A stretch of DNA of 32,000 nt from an uncultured Candidatus Scalindua sp. (GTDB taxonomy: Bacteria > Planctomycetota > Brocadiia > Brocadiales > Scalinduaceae): the NCBI GenBank assembly GCA_964344685.1, contig CAYFOK010000007.1, positions 79,771 through 111,770 on the forward strand, written 5' to 3'. The notes beneath the pieces are model-generated. The model worked only from the letters and a program-made list of their open reading frames with translations. It ran no database searches and had not been told where the DNA came from. A program made the translations under genes and the position numbers. How positions within the stretch are numbered: position 1 is the stretch's first letter; every line of letters begins with the position of its first letter. Shown piece by piece: positions 16,797-24,535 of this stretch.

Positions 16797-17858
16797 TTAA
16801 ACATTATTAAAAAAATAATCAGAACCGGAATATTCATCTTCATTTTCCGGTTCTGATTCCTCTACATCGCTACCTTTAAAAAGCTTATGCCCGGCAAAAT
16901 CAATTTCTATAAGTCCAATCTTAACTGCTTCGATTACATATGAGGCCAACTCTGAGTTAATTCCGGTTTCCTTAAAGGTTTTATAGACAACGCCTTTAAG
17001 TGTTCCAAATGTCACATACTCTTTTTCTTCTTCCTGGGTAAGTTCCTCCATGTCTTCACCGCCTATGTCAGCCATGTCTTTCAGGCCGTAACAATTACCA
17101 AACTTTGAAACCATCCTTTTCCCTTTCATGTCAATAATGATTTCTTTTAATCGATCATCATTAATATCAAGACCAAACTTCATTGCATATTTTGAGATTT
17201 CCTTACCATACCCTTCTGTAACCGGCCTGATATCTGAAATCTGACCAAGACCAACTTTCAGAAGAACGTGCTCAAGGTCTTTCTTTATTGGGTCTAAGAA
17301 TGTTCCTTGTTCAGTATTCCGCATATTCACAACATGTCTATCAACGGTTAGATCGACTAACATATGAGAGTGTATATGCCATCCGGTTCCTTCTTTGTAT
17401 GTCACTTCAATATGTTCAACACCTCCACGTATATACTTTTTCCACCATGAACGCTCTTTTTTAAGCAGACTTGTTGATTTTTTGTAACATTCCAAAGCAG
17501 TCTTCAAACTATCCCTGTTTAATTCGTTTGCAGTAATGGTTAAGAGATGAGGGTTTTGCATATCTTTACCAAGTTTTTCCACCCTGCGAGACAGTATTGA
17601 CGCACGGTATGAATTGCACACCGGGCAAACTCTATCTTTACAGCGAACTTGCGGTTCAAAAAGCACACTTGATATATCTCCTTTCTTCGCTTTAACAAAA
17701 ATTGTATTCCCGCATATACCCATTCGTTTTGCTCTCGATTCCTGATCAACTTCACGAATAAGTTTTTCAATACGGAATAAAGTTTTTAACCTCCAACTAT
17801 TCTTAACGGTCACAACAGACTCTAACTTTTTCTTCTTCTTAACGGCACATTCACACAT
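16797..17858 (-). CDS. HUH rolling-circle replication initiator (pC194/pUB110 Rep_1-like)
   Basis: 353 aa. CKDRVCPVCNSYRAS (zinc-ribbon-like N-terminal motif), GWHIHSHMLVD (HUH motif) and GKEISKYAMKFG (catalytic Tyr motif) occur in the expected order. GGAGGT lies upstream of the ATG. Confidence 0.8.
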   Translation of the reverse strand: MCECAVKKKKKLESVVTVKNSWRLKTLFRIEKLIREVDQESRAKRMGICGNTIFVKAKKGDISSVLFEPQVRCKDRVCPVCNSYRASILSRRVEKLGKDMQNPHLLTITANELNRDSLKTALECYKKSTSLLKKERSWWKKYIRGGVEHIEVTYKEGTGWHIHSHMLVDLTVDRHVVNMRNTEQGTFLDPIKKDLEHVLLKVGLGQISDIRPVTEGYGKEISKYAMKFGLDINDDRLKEIIIDMKGKRMVSKFGNCYGLKDMADIGGEDMEELTQEEEKEYVTFGTLKGVVYKTFKETGINSELASYVIEAVKIGLIEIDFAGHKLFKGSDVEESEPENEDEYSGSDYFFNNV

Positions 17859-17947
17859 AAATTACCTCCAAAAAAATCATTAAAAACGGCTGAAAATTGC
17901 CACATTGTAAGTTTCAATTTTTCAATGCCTTAAAAAATCGTGTTCCG

Positions 17948-17966
17948 GTTGTTTCTTAGTATCAAG
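17948..17966 (+). repeat. GTTGTTTCTTAGTATCAAG: upstream copy of the ori-like 19-mer, candidate Rep nick site
   Basis: On the minus strand it reads CTTGATACTAAGAAACAAC, about 90 nt upstream of the Rep ATG. CTTGATA is the nick-site core of pC194/pUB110/phiX174-type origins. Confidence 0.45.
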
Positions 17967-18009
17967 TCTATAGCTTCTTTCTCACAAATGAGCCAAATTG
18001 AGGCCAAAA

Positions 18010-18059
18010 AAAAACCAGTGTTTGCGCGCGCTTGGTGAGCGTGCTCAACACTGGTTTTT
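18010..18059. other. large hairpin: 13-bp stem (AAAAACCAGTGTT / AACACTGGTTTTT) with a GC-rich 24-nt loop
   Basis: Read directly. The loop TGCGCGCGCTTGGTGAGCGTGCTC can itself pair (GAGC/GCTC). It lies in the non-coding region upstream of Rep. It could be a minus-strand origin or packaging signal. Confidence 0.5.
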
Positions 18060-18134
18060 GTAGTTGATAAATTAATTTTTTTTACTATTATATTGTTGTT
18101 ATTCTTTTTCATTGGTGAATGGGAATAATAACTA

Positions 18135-18171
18135 GGAGGGCATAAGTTGCCGCTTATGTCTTCCTTTTTTT
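18135..18171 (+). terminator. terminator-like hairpin plus T7 run
   Basis: GGAGGGCATAAG ttgccg CTTATGTCTTCC (10/12 paired) followed by TTTTTTT. Confidence 0.4.
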
Positions 18172-18206
18172 AATAATAAAACTAAAAATAACTTTGAAAA
18201 AATAAA

Positions 18207-18231
18207 ACCCACTGTCGCCAAATTGTCGCCA
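18207..18231 (+). promoter_or_regulatory. candidate integrase arm-type binding site, copy 2
   Basis: Exact 25-bp copy of 2049-2073, located 142 bp inside attR. Confidence 0.5.
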
Positions 18232-18373
18232 ACTCCAGTTAAATTGACAGTAATCAGCGTGAAATGACAGAAAACAGTTGAGAGTCTTAAGCCATTATGT
18301 TATAAGTGGTAACAGTCGTAACAGACACTTTGTCAGGCAGTTATAAAATTAACAATAAATGGTTCTACCCTCT

Positions 18374-18420
18374 CTTGGGAGCAGGAGGTCGCTGGTTCGA
18401 ATCCAGTCGCCCCGACCATT
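18374..18420 (+). repeat. attR: 47-bp partial tRNA-Pro copy
   Basis: Identical to 1962-2008. The upstream sequence does not continue the tRNA 5' half. Confidence 0.85.
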
Positions 18421-18507
18421 TTTTGCTTATAACATTGAAAGAATATTCTTGATCTGTTATATAAACATCTGACTTTATCTTTCTAGCAAATTCCCCGGAA
18501 AAATATT

Positions 18508-19533
18508 ATGCGTGTAGCAATGTATTATAATAACAGTGACATCAGAGTGGAAGAGATGCCAACGCCGCAGATTGACCGTGGTGAGGTTTTATTAAAATCA
18601 ATTGCCTGTGGTATCTGCGGCAGTGACGTAATGGAGTGGTATCGCGTCCACAAAGCTCCGCTTGTACTTGGTCACGAGGCAACCGGTGAAATTGTTGAAG
18701 TCGGAGAGGGTGTTAAACGATTCAAAAAAGGAGACAGGGTCTTTGTATCTCACCATGTTCCCTGCAATACGTGTCATTATTGTCTAAACGGCAACCACAC
18801 CGTATGCGACACTTTACGCAGCACGAATTTTGATCCCGGCGGCTTTGCTGAATATGTACGAGTACCGGAAATTAATGTCGACAGAGGTGTCTTTGTACTT
18901 CCTGACAATATGTCACTGGAAGATGGGACGTTCATCGAACCACTGGCATGTGTTGTTCGCGGGCAACGAGTAGCGCGTCTTGAACCCGGACAGACAGTAG
19001 TTGTTATCGGCAGTGGAATGTCAGGACTGCTTCACATATTACTTGCCCGGTCACTGGGAGCAGGAAAAATTATTGCTACTGATATAAGTGAATATCGAAT
19101 GGAGATGGCAGGAAAGTTTGGAGCTGATTCTGTTATTAATGCAAAAGACGACCTCCCTTCTCACCTGCTCAAGCTTAACAGTAACAGGCTTGCAGATTGT
19201 GTGATAGTGACTGCCGGAGCCGACTCTGCTCTGTATTCAGCTCTAAAATCTGTAGACCGTGGAGGCACTGTACTGTTCTTTGCACCCGGTGGCCCTGATA
19301 CTCATCTTTCCGTACCATTTAATCAATTCTGGAAAGATTGTATAACACTATTACCTACATACGGTGCCAGCCCCTTAGACATAGAGGTGGCAATTAAGTT
19401 GATCAGCTCTCAGCGTGTTCCCGTACAGGATATGATTACCCACAGTCTGGGCCTGGCAGAAACCCAACAGGGCTTTAAGCTGGTTACTGAAGCCAAAGAT
19501 TCTATAAAAGTGGTCATCAACCCTCATAAATGA
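18508..19533 (+). CDS. zinc-dependent alcohol / threonine / sorbitol dehydrogenase family (MDR) oxidoreductase
   Basis: 341 aa. CGICGSD and GHEATGEIVEVGEGV (catalytic Zn), CNTCHYCLNGNHTVC (structural Zn), GSGMSGL (Rossmann). Confidence 0.9.
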   Translation: MRVAMYYNNSDIRVEEMPTPQIDRGEVLLKSIACGICGSDVMEWYRVHKAPLVLGHEATGEIVEVGEGVKRFKKGDRVFVSHHVPCNTCHYCLNGNHTVCDTLRSTNFDPGGFAEYVRVPEINVDRGVFVLPDNMSLEDGTFIEPLACVVRGQRVARLEPGQTVVVIGSGMSGLLHILLARSLGAGKIIATDISEYRMEMAGKFGADSVINAKDDLPSHLLKLNSNRLADCVIVTAGADSALYSALKSVDRGGTVLFFAPGGPDTHLSVPFNQFWKDCITLLPTYGASPLDIEVAIKLISSQRVPVQDMITHSLGLAETQQGFKLVTEAKDSIKVVINPHK

Positions 19534-19588
19534 ACATCTGCCGGCAACATAACCTCAAAGGTTCCGATAGATCCATCCGAACAAACAC

Positions 19589-20395
19589 ATGAAATCTGTT
19601 CGCCTAGTCGCTGACAAAATAAAGGATAACCTGCGTACAAATATAATAGGCAGGGAGGTAATTACACTTGAGCGTACAGCGTCTACAATGGACATTGCAA
19701 AGGAGATGCTCAAAGATGGCGTTATAGAGGGAACAACAATCTTTGTTGAAGAGCAAACCCGGGGACGAGGACGGACAGGGAAAGAGTGGTTCTGTAAGAA
19801 AGGGAAGGGCTTGTTACTATCTGTTGTATTAAGGCCGGCAATTCAACCTGAGAAATCATATCTTTTAACAGTTTTTACTGCAGTTGCAATCGTAAAAACT
19901 ATCAGGGATATGTTCAAATTACCGGTTGAAATAGACTGGCCTAATGACATTGTGATCAATAAAAAGAAATTAGGTGGAATAAGTGTAGAAACGCAAAATC
20001 ATACCGGAAATCCGAGTGACTATACTGTAGGAATTGGTATTAATGTCAATTTGAAAAAGCATGAATTACCGGAACAGATCGATCAACCGTCAACATCTCT
20101 TACAATTGAAAAGGAGACATTTATTGACCGTACCAATTTTGCAAGGGCATTACTGCAGAATCTGGATTCATGGTACTTAATCTTAAAGGATGAACGTTAC
20201 GAGCATATTGTGGAGAAGTGGCAGGAATTTTGTTTGAACATTGGCAGAATGGTTCATGTACGTAATGCCAAAAAAGATTATGCAGGAATTTTTCTAGGGA
20301 TATCAAATGATGGAGAATTGATCTTATTGCTGGACAATGAGCGCAAAATAAAATTAAAAGTCGAACACACTATTATGGAAGATTACAACTTATAA
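19589..20395 (+). CDS. birA: biotin--[acetyl-CoA-carboxylase] ligase (group I, no N-terminal HTH)
   Basis: 268 aa. QTRGRGRTGKEW is the GRGRxGRxW biotin-ligase signature, followed by KKLGGISVE. Confidence 0.9.
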   Translation: MKSVRLVADKIKDNLRTNIIGREVITLERTASTMDIAKEMLKDGVIEGTTIFVEEQTRGRGRTGKEWFCKKGKGLLLSVVLRPAIQPEKSYLLTVFTAVAIVKTIRDMFKLPVEIDWPNDIVINKKKLGGISVETQNHTGNPSDYTVGIGINVNLKKHELPEQIDQPSTSLTIEKETFIDRTNFARALLQNLDSWYLILKDERYEHIVEKWQEFCLNIGRMVHVRNAKKDYAGIFLGISNDGELILLLDNERKIKLKVEHTIMEDYNL

Positions 20396-20409
20396 TCTGT
20401 TATTTAAAA

Positions 20410-21021
20410 TCACCACACATCATCTAATTTTGTATCCTCGTAGTTTATCATGCCCTCATCAAGTTTTTTTTCTACAACTTCAAGCTTCGCCTCCAATTTA
20501 TCAATCTGTTTTGTCAGATCTCGATAGACGATGAAACCAAGGATCAGCAATAAAACCGTGTAAACAATTACAAATGCTGTTGCAGGGCTATCTTTTTGTG
20601 TTGTGTCGCGAGACTTAGTATGATAACCATATGCATCCTTGCCCAAAACTGCTCTTCTATTTGCCTCTGTTATGTCACTTGTTTCAAAAGCTCTTTCTTC
20701 CTGTCGGCTGTATGGTTCTGTTTTTTTAACAGGCTCACTAACCTTGCGTTCCTGTGATTTAAGCGTCTCTGATACATAAACAGACTCAAATGTTTTCTGT
20801 TCCGGTTGTTTTTTCAGCTTCTCTTCCGGCTTTTCTACTTGTTGTTTTACACCTGTTTCTTTCTTGACATTAGCTGTTTCGAGAGGTGTTTCTGCCTGTT
20901 TCCCCTGACTATCAATGTCACTCTTTGGGCTTTCAGTGTTTTCTTTCTTTTTCTCTTCCTTTTTTTTATCTTCTTTTAACCACTTTAAGGGATCAGTTCC
21001 AAGTACATTTTTCTTTTGCAT
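20410..21021 (-). CDS. K/E-rich, largely low-complexity protein with a single TM helix and a C-terminal coiled coil
   Basis: 203 aa. TM segment ATAFVIVYTVLLLILGFIVY, followed by KQIDKLEAKLEVVEKKLDE. Confidence 0.5.
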   Translation of the reverse strand: MQKKNVLGTDPLKWLKEDKKKEEKKKENTESPKSDIDSQGKQAETPLETANVKKETGVKQQVEKPEEKLKKQPEQKTFESVYVSETLKSQERKVSEPVKKTEPYSRQEERAFETSDITEANRRAVLGKDAYGYHTKSRDTTQKDSPATAFVIVYTVLLLILGFIVYRDLTKQIDKLEAKLEVVEKKLDEGMINYEDTKLDDVW

Positions 21022-21167
21022 ATCACTTTCCTTTAGCAGTAAATGAATTTTACCAACATTCCAGGATTGACAAACTAACTGATGCGGTTAGCTTAATCCA
21101 GTGGTTGAAACTACATCAGATGGAAACATATTCTCAAAATATTAATGCAGCCCCGTTATTATAATGT

Positions 21168-21929
21168 CTATTTCTCTTGAGCAACTATCTCTTTAGCTAA
21201 AGCCTCATAATCCAGAGCACCATTAGAATCCGGAGCGTATGATGTAATTGGCATACCATGACTTGTTGATTCTGAGAGTTTAATATTCTTTCTAATGGTA
21301 GTGGAAAAAACTTTACCTTCAAAATATTCTTTGATCTTGTCAAGCACTGCCTGTCCCAGCTTTGTCCTGCTATCATACATACAAGGTATTATTCCCGTAA
21401 TCTCCAGCGAGCTGTTCAACCGCTTCTTGATAACATCAAATGTCTGTAACAGTTTGCTTACTCCCTGCAAAGCAAAAAACTCCGTTTGTAACGGAATGAA
21501 AATTTCGTTAGCCACGGTAAGTGCATTCAGGGTCAGAAGCCCTAAAGAAGGCGGACAGTCAATTAGAACGTAATCATACTTTTTAATCATCTCGCCAATG
21601 TAAAACTTTACGATTGTTTCACGCCCTACCGTGTTAACAAGCTCTACCTCTGCACTTGCAAGATCAATGTCTGAAGGGATAAGGTCCAGACCTTTTATAG
21701 CTGTTTTTGTCAGTACTTCGGAAGCTTTCTTCTTGCCGCACATTATCTGATAAACAGAAGAGTCTTTTCCCTGGACATTAATACCGAAATGAATACTCAA
21801 ATTGGCTTGAGGATCGAGGTCAATGAGAAGTACCTTTTTACCAAGCGCAGCCAGACATGCTCCAACATTCGCAGTTGAAGTCGTTTTTCCTACCCCACCT
21901 TTTTGATTTATGAACGCAATACTACGCAT
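21168..21929 (-). CDS. parA: ParA/Soj-family ATPase
   Basis: 253 aa. Deviant Walker A NQKGGVGKTT, then LLIDLDPQANLS and VLIDCPPSLG. Confidence 0.9.
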   Translation of the reverse strand: MRSIAFINQKGGVGKTTSTANVGACLAALGKKVLLIDLDPQANLSIHFGINVQGKDSSVYQIMCGKKKASEVLTKTAIKGLDLIPSDIDLASAEVELVNTVGRETIVKFYIGEMIKKYDYVLIDCPPSLGLLTLNALTVANEIFIPLQTEFFALQGVSKLLQTFDVIKKRLNSSLEITGIIPCMYDSRTKLGQAVLDKIKEYFEGKVFSTTIRKNIKLSESTSHGMPITSYAPDSNGALDYEALAKEIVAQEK

Positions 21930-22432
21930 TCTTACCTTCTATCTTTCTGTTTTTTGTAACATATATATAATGTTAAGAATTCTAACCATACAAAATATGG
22001 TTGTCAAGTATATTTATATAAAAAACCCTACTAATGTTTATAGAAAGTCCTGTGATTTCACAGACTTACACATTTTTGCCGGTTATGCAGTTCCTACGTT
22101 CCTTGTTATACAAGCATCAAAAAGAGACATATGGGCTGCACTTTCTACACTAATTTCGATCTCATGCCGTTTGGAAGGATTATTTATTTATAACAAAGAC
22201 AATTATCCACAACGGGATTCAATCTAAATTGTCCTAAGATTGTTATTGACATATCGATATAAGTTTGTTATTTTCCCTGTTTCAATAATTTTGTTTGTGG
22301 CATAATCAAATTTCATCAATACTTTTAGACCAGCAATTTTTACAGAAACGGCTTCATAGTGCCAGTTTATTTATATTTGACTGGTATTATGAGTATAGTT
22401 AGATTTCTGGATGTTTTTAGGGAGGTAACATA

Positions 22433-22687
22433 TTGTCTGCAGAGAACTTAGAGAAGGATATTACTGCTATTGTAGCTGAAGTGACTGAGCTGGATGAGAA
22501 TGAGATATGGGAGAAAAGAGATGCCGATTTTTTTAAGGATTTAGAGATAGATTCCTTATTGGCATTGGAAATTCTGGCCCTTATAGAAAAGAAATTTAAA
22601 GTTCAAATTCCGGAAGAAAAACTCGTAGATATTACATCATTGAATGCAACAATTGAAATGACAAGGTCTACACTTGAAGGAAAATAG
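22433..22687 (+). CDS. acyl carrier protein
   Basis: 84 aa with TTG start after GGGAGG. The phosphopantetheine site is in LEIDSLLALEI. Confidence 0.85.
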   Translation: MSAENLEKDITAIVAEVTELDENEIWEKRDADFFKDLEIDSLLALEILALIEKKFKVQIPEEKLVDITSLNATIEMTRSTLEGK

Positions 22688-22788
22688 AAAACGAATGTAA
22701 CACGCTTCTTACAACATCTATTTGCCTATCCGCAAACAATTAAAGCGGTCAGGCAGTGGCTATTAAATAGAACGAAAGGTTATTACTA

Positions 22789-23238
22789 ATGTTGAACTTT
22801 GAGGAAGTAAGAGAGCTGGTTCCTCAAAAATACCCCTTCTTATTTATCGACAAAGTTATTGAGCTTCAAAAAGAGAGCAGAATTGTTTGCCAGAAGAATA
22901 TCTCTGGCAACGAGTCTTTCTTCACTGGACACTTCCCTGATTTTGCCATTATGCCGGGAGTTCTAATTGTAGAAGCCCTGGCGCAAGCCTCTATTATCCT
23001 CTTCAAAAAGAGCTTTGATACTGAGCAGTATAAAGGAAAGGTCTTTTTGTTAGCTTCCGCCAACGTACGTTTTTCTAAACCTGTTTTTCCCGGTGATCAG
23101 CTATTACTGGAAATTGAAATAGAAAAGGTTATTTCCAGTGCGGCAATTGTTAAGGGAGTTGCTAAGGTGGGAGACAAAGTTGTAACAAAAGCAACTTTGA
23201 GTTTTGGTGTTGCAGACAAAGATGCATTAACAGACTGA
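22789..23238 (+). CDS. fabZ: 3-hydroxyacyl-ACP dehydratase
   Basis: 149 aa. The hot-dog signature [23 protein letters not shown] carries the catalytic His and Glu. Confidence 0.9.
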   Translation: MLNFEEVRELVPQKYPFLFIDKVIELQKESRIVCQKNISGNESFFTGHFPDFAIMPGVLIVEALAQASIILFKKSFDTEQYKGKVFLLASANVRFSKPVFPGDQLLLEIEIEKVISSAAIVKGVAKVGDKVVTKATLSFGVADKDALTD

Positions 23239-23270
23239 AAGTATTAGTATTTGCAATAAAAATAAGAACT

Positions 23271-24491
23271 ATGGATAAAAGAATTGTAATTACCGGTGTG
23301 GGTGTCATTTCTCCAATTGGAAATCAGAATGATATATTTTGGGATGCATTAATTTCCGGCACGTCCGGTGTGTCTGAGGTCACATCATTCGACACTACTC
23401 CTTTTAAAGTACATAGAGGCTGTTTCGTCAAAGATTTCAATTATGATAGTTATATAAGTAATGGTTCAAGCCGGGAGATCGGTAAAGGCTCTCAATTTGC
23501 CGTTGCTGCAGCAAAGCTCGCTATTGATGACTCTAATATAGGTTTAAACAATATCGATCCGGAACGGGCAGGCGTTTCAATTGGAACAACTGCTGGTGAA
23601 ATTCAGATTCTGGAAAAAGTAAACTATATTAGGCACGAGAAGGGAGATGAAAATGTCGATCCCAGCCTGTTCCTTAAACACCCATGCGTAAATATGCCAT
23701 CTAACATATCTATTGAATTTGGTTTTAAGGGGCCAAGCACTATAATTCCTACTGCATGTGCAGCTGGAAACTATGCTATCGGTTATGCATGTGACTTGAT
23801 AAAATTAGGAAGAACAGACATAATGCTGGCCGGAGGCTCAGATCCGTTTTCTAAAGTGGCTTTTGTTGGTTTTAGCAGATTAAACGCAATCGCTCCGGAG
23901 ATTTGTCAGCCATTTGATAAAGACAGAAAAGGCCTGTTAGTTGGTGAAGGTGCCGGAATGCTGGTATTGGAATCCCTGGAAGGTGCACTGGCAAGAAATG
24001 CAAACATATATGCAGAAATCCTGGGTTACGGCCTGAGCTGTGACGGATATCACATAACAATTCCGCATCCGGAAGGAAATGGTGTTACTTCGGCAATGGA
24101 AAAGGCTTTGCAAAATGCCAAAATCAGTCCCGAAGATGTGCAATATATGAGTGCACATGGTACTGGAACGGTAGCCAACGACAAAGCTGAAACAATATCA
24201 ATAAAGAAAGTCTTTGGTGAACATGCAAAGAACCTGGCCATAAGCTCTATAAAATCAATGCTTGGTCATACAATGGGAGCTGCCAGTGCCATAGAGGCTA
24301 TTGCGTGCGCTTTAGCCATTAAAGAGAGTGTTGTACCACCAACTATAAACTATGAGACAAAAGACCCTGAGTGTGACCTTGATTTTGTACCTAATGTCAA
24401 ACGTGAAATGCAGGTTGATGTTGCTATGAATAACGCTTATGCTTTTGGTGGCAACAATAGCAGCCTCATACTAAAGAAGTACACAGGTTAA
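23271..24491 (+). CDS. fabF: beta-ketoacyl-ACP synthase II
   Basis: 406 aa with an intact Cys-His-His triad: [25 protein letters not shown]. Confidence 0.9.
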   Translation: MDKRIVITGVGVISPIGNQNDIFWDALISGTSGVSEVTSFDTTPFKVHRGCFVKDFNYDSYISNGSSREIGKGSQFAVAAAKLAIDDSNIGLNNIDPERAGVSIGTTAGEIQILEKVNYIRHEKGDENVDPSLFLKHPCVNMPSNISIEFGFKGPSTIIPTACAAGNYAIGYACDLIKLGRTDIMLAGGSDPFSKVAFVGFSRLNAIAPEICQPFDKDRKGLLVGEGAGMLVLESLEGALARNANIYAEILGYGLSCDGYHITIPHPEGNGVTSAMEKALQNAKISPEDVQYMSAHGTGTVANDKAETISIKKVFGEHAKNLAISSIKSMLGHTMGAASAIEAIACALAIKESVVPPTINYETKDPECDLDFVPNVKREMQVDVAMNNAYAFGGNNSSLILKKYTG

Positions 24492-24535
24492 AAATAAGAA
24501 TTAAGATAAAAATTTTTTAGAGGTTAATTTGATAT

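Larger units (their letters stand above)
1962..18420 (-). mobile_element. integrated element in tRNA-Pro: integrase/excisionase backbone, cargo and a complete inovirus-like prophage module
   Basis: Perfect 47-bp direct repeats at both ends. Integrase lies next to attL. Only a partial tRNA copy is present at attR. The phage module lies inside, and the interior looks more AT-rich by eye than the flanks. Confidence 0.85.

Noticed and set aside
16775-16843. N-terminal extension (MKMNIPVLIIFLIMFNFFERWWI) of the gV-position ORF, and the analogous extensions of int (3075-3158), the secretin (13454-13504) and the caspase-like gene (30776-30814)
   Set aside because: The extensions overlap the upstream gene or lack an RBS. 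In each case an internal ATG has a strong Shine-Dalgarno at correct spacing and gives a sensible N-terminus.
17930-18112. 60-aa minus-strand ORF upstream of rep
   Set aside because: It is made largely of homopolymer-derived codons (KKNNNNIIVKK) and spans the large hairpin. It is more plausibly non-coding origin sequence.
18207-18231. Idea that the second 25-bp copy is a remnant of a second integrase gene (tandem island array)
   Set aside because: There is no att-core or tRNA-like sequence at the expected 41-bp offset and no further integrase-like coding similarity around it. There are only two att copies in the window. Paired arm sites explain it better.
21910-22227. 105-aa plus-strand ORF in the parA/ACP divergent intergenic region
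   Set aside because: It starts inside parA on the opposite strand, has low-complexity hydrophobic content and no RBS. The region more likely holds the divergent promoters. One example is TTGACT at 22377-22382 with TAGATT at 17-nt spacing upstream of the ACP gene, which I consider too uncertain to list as a feature.
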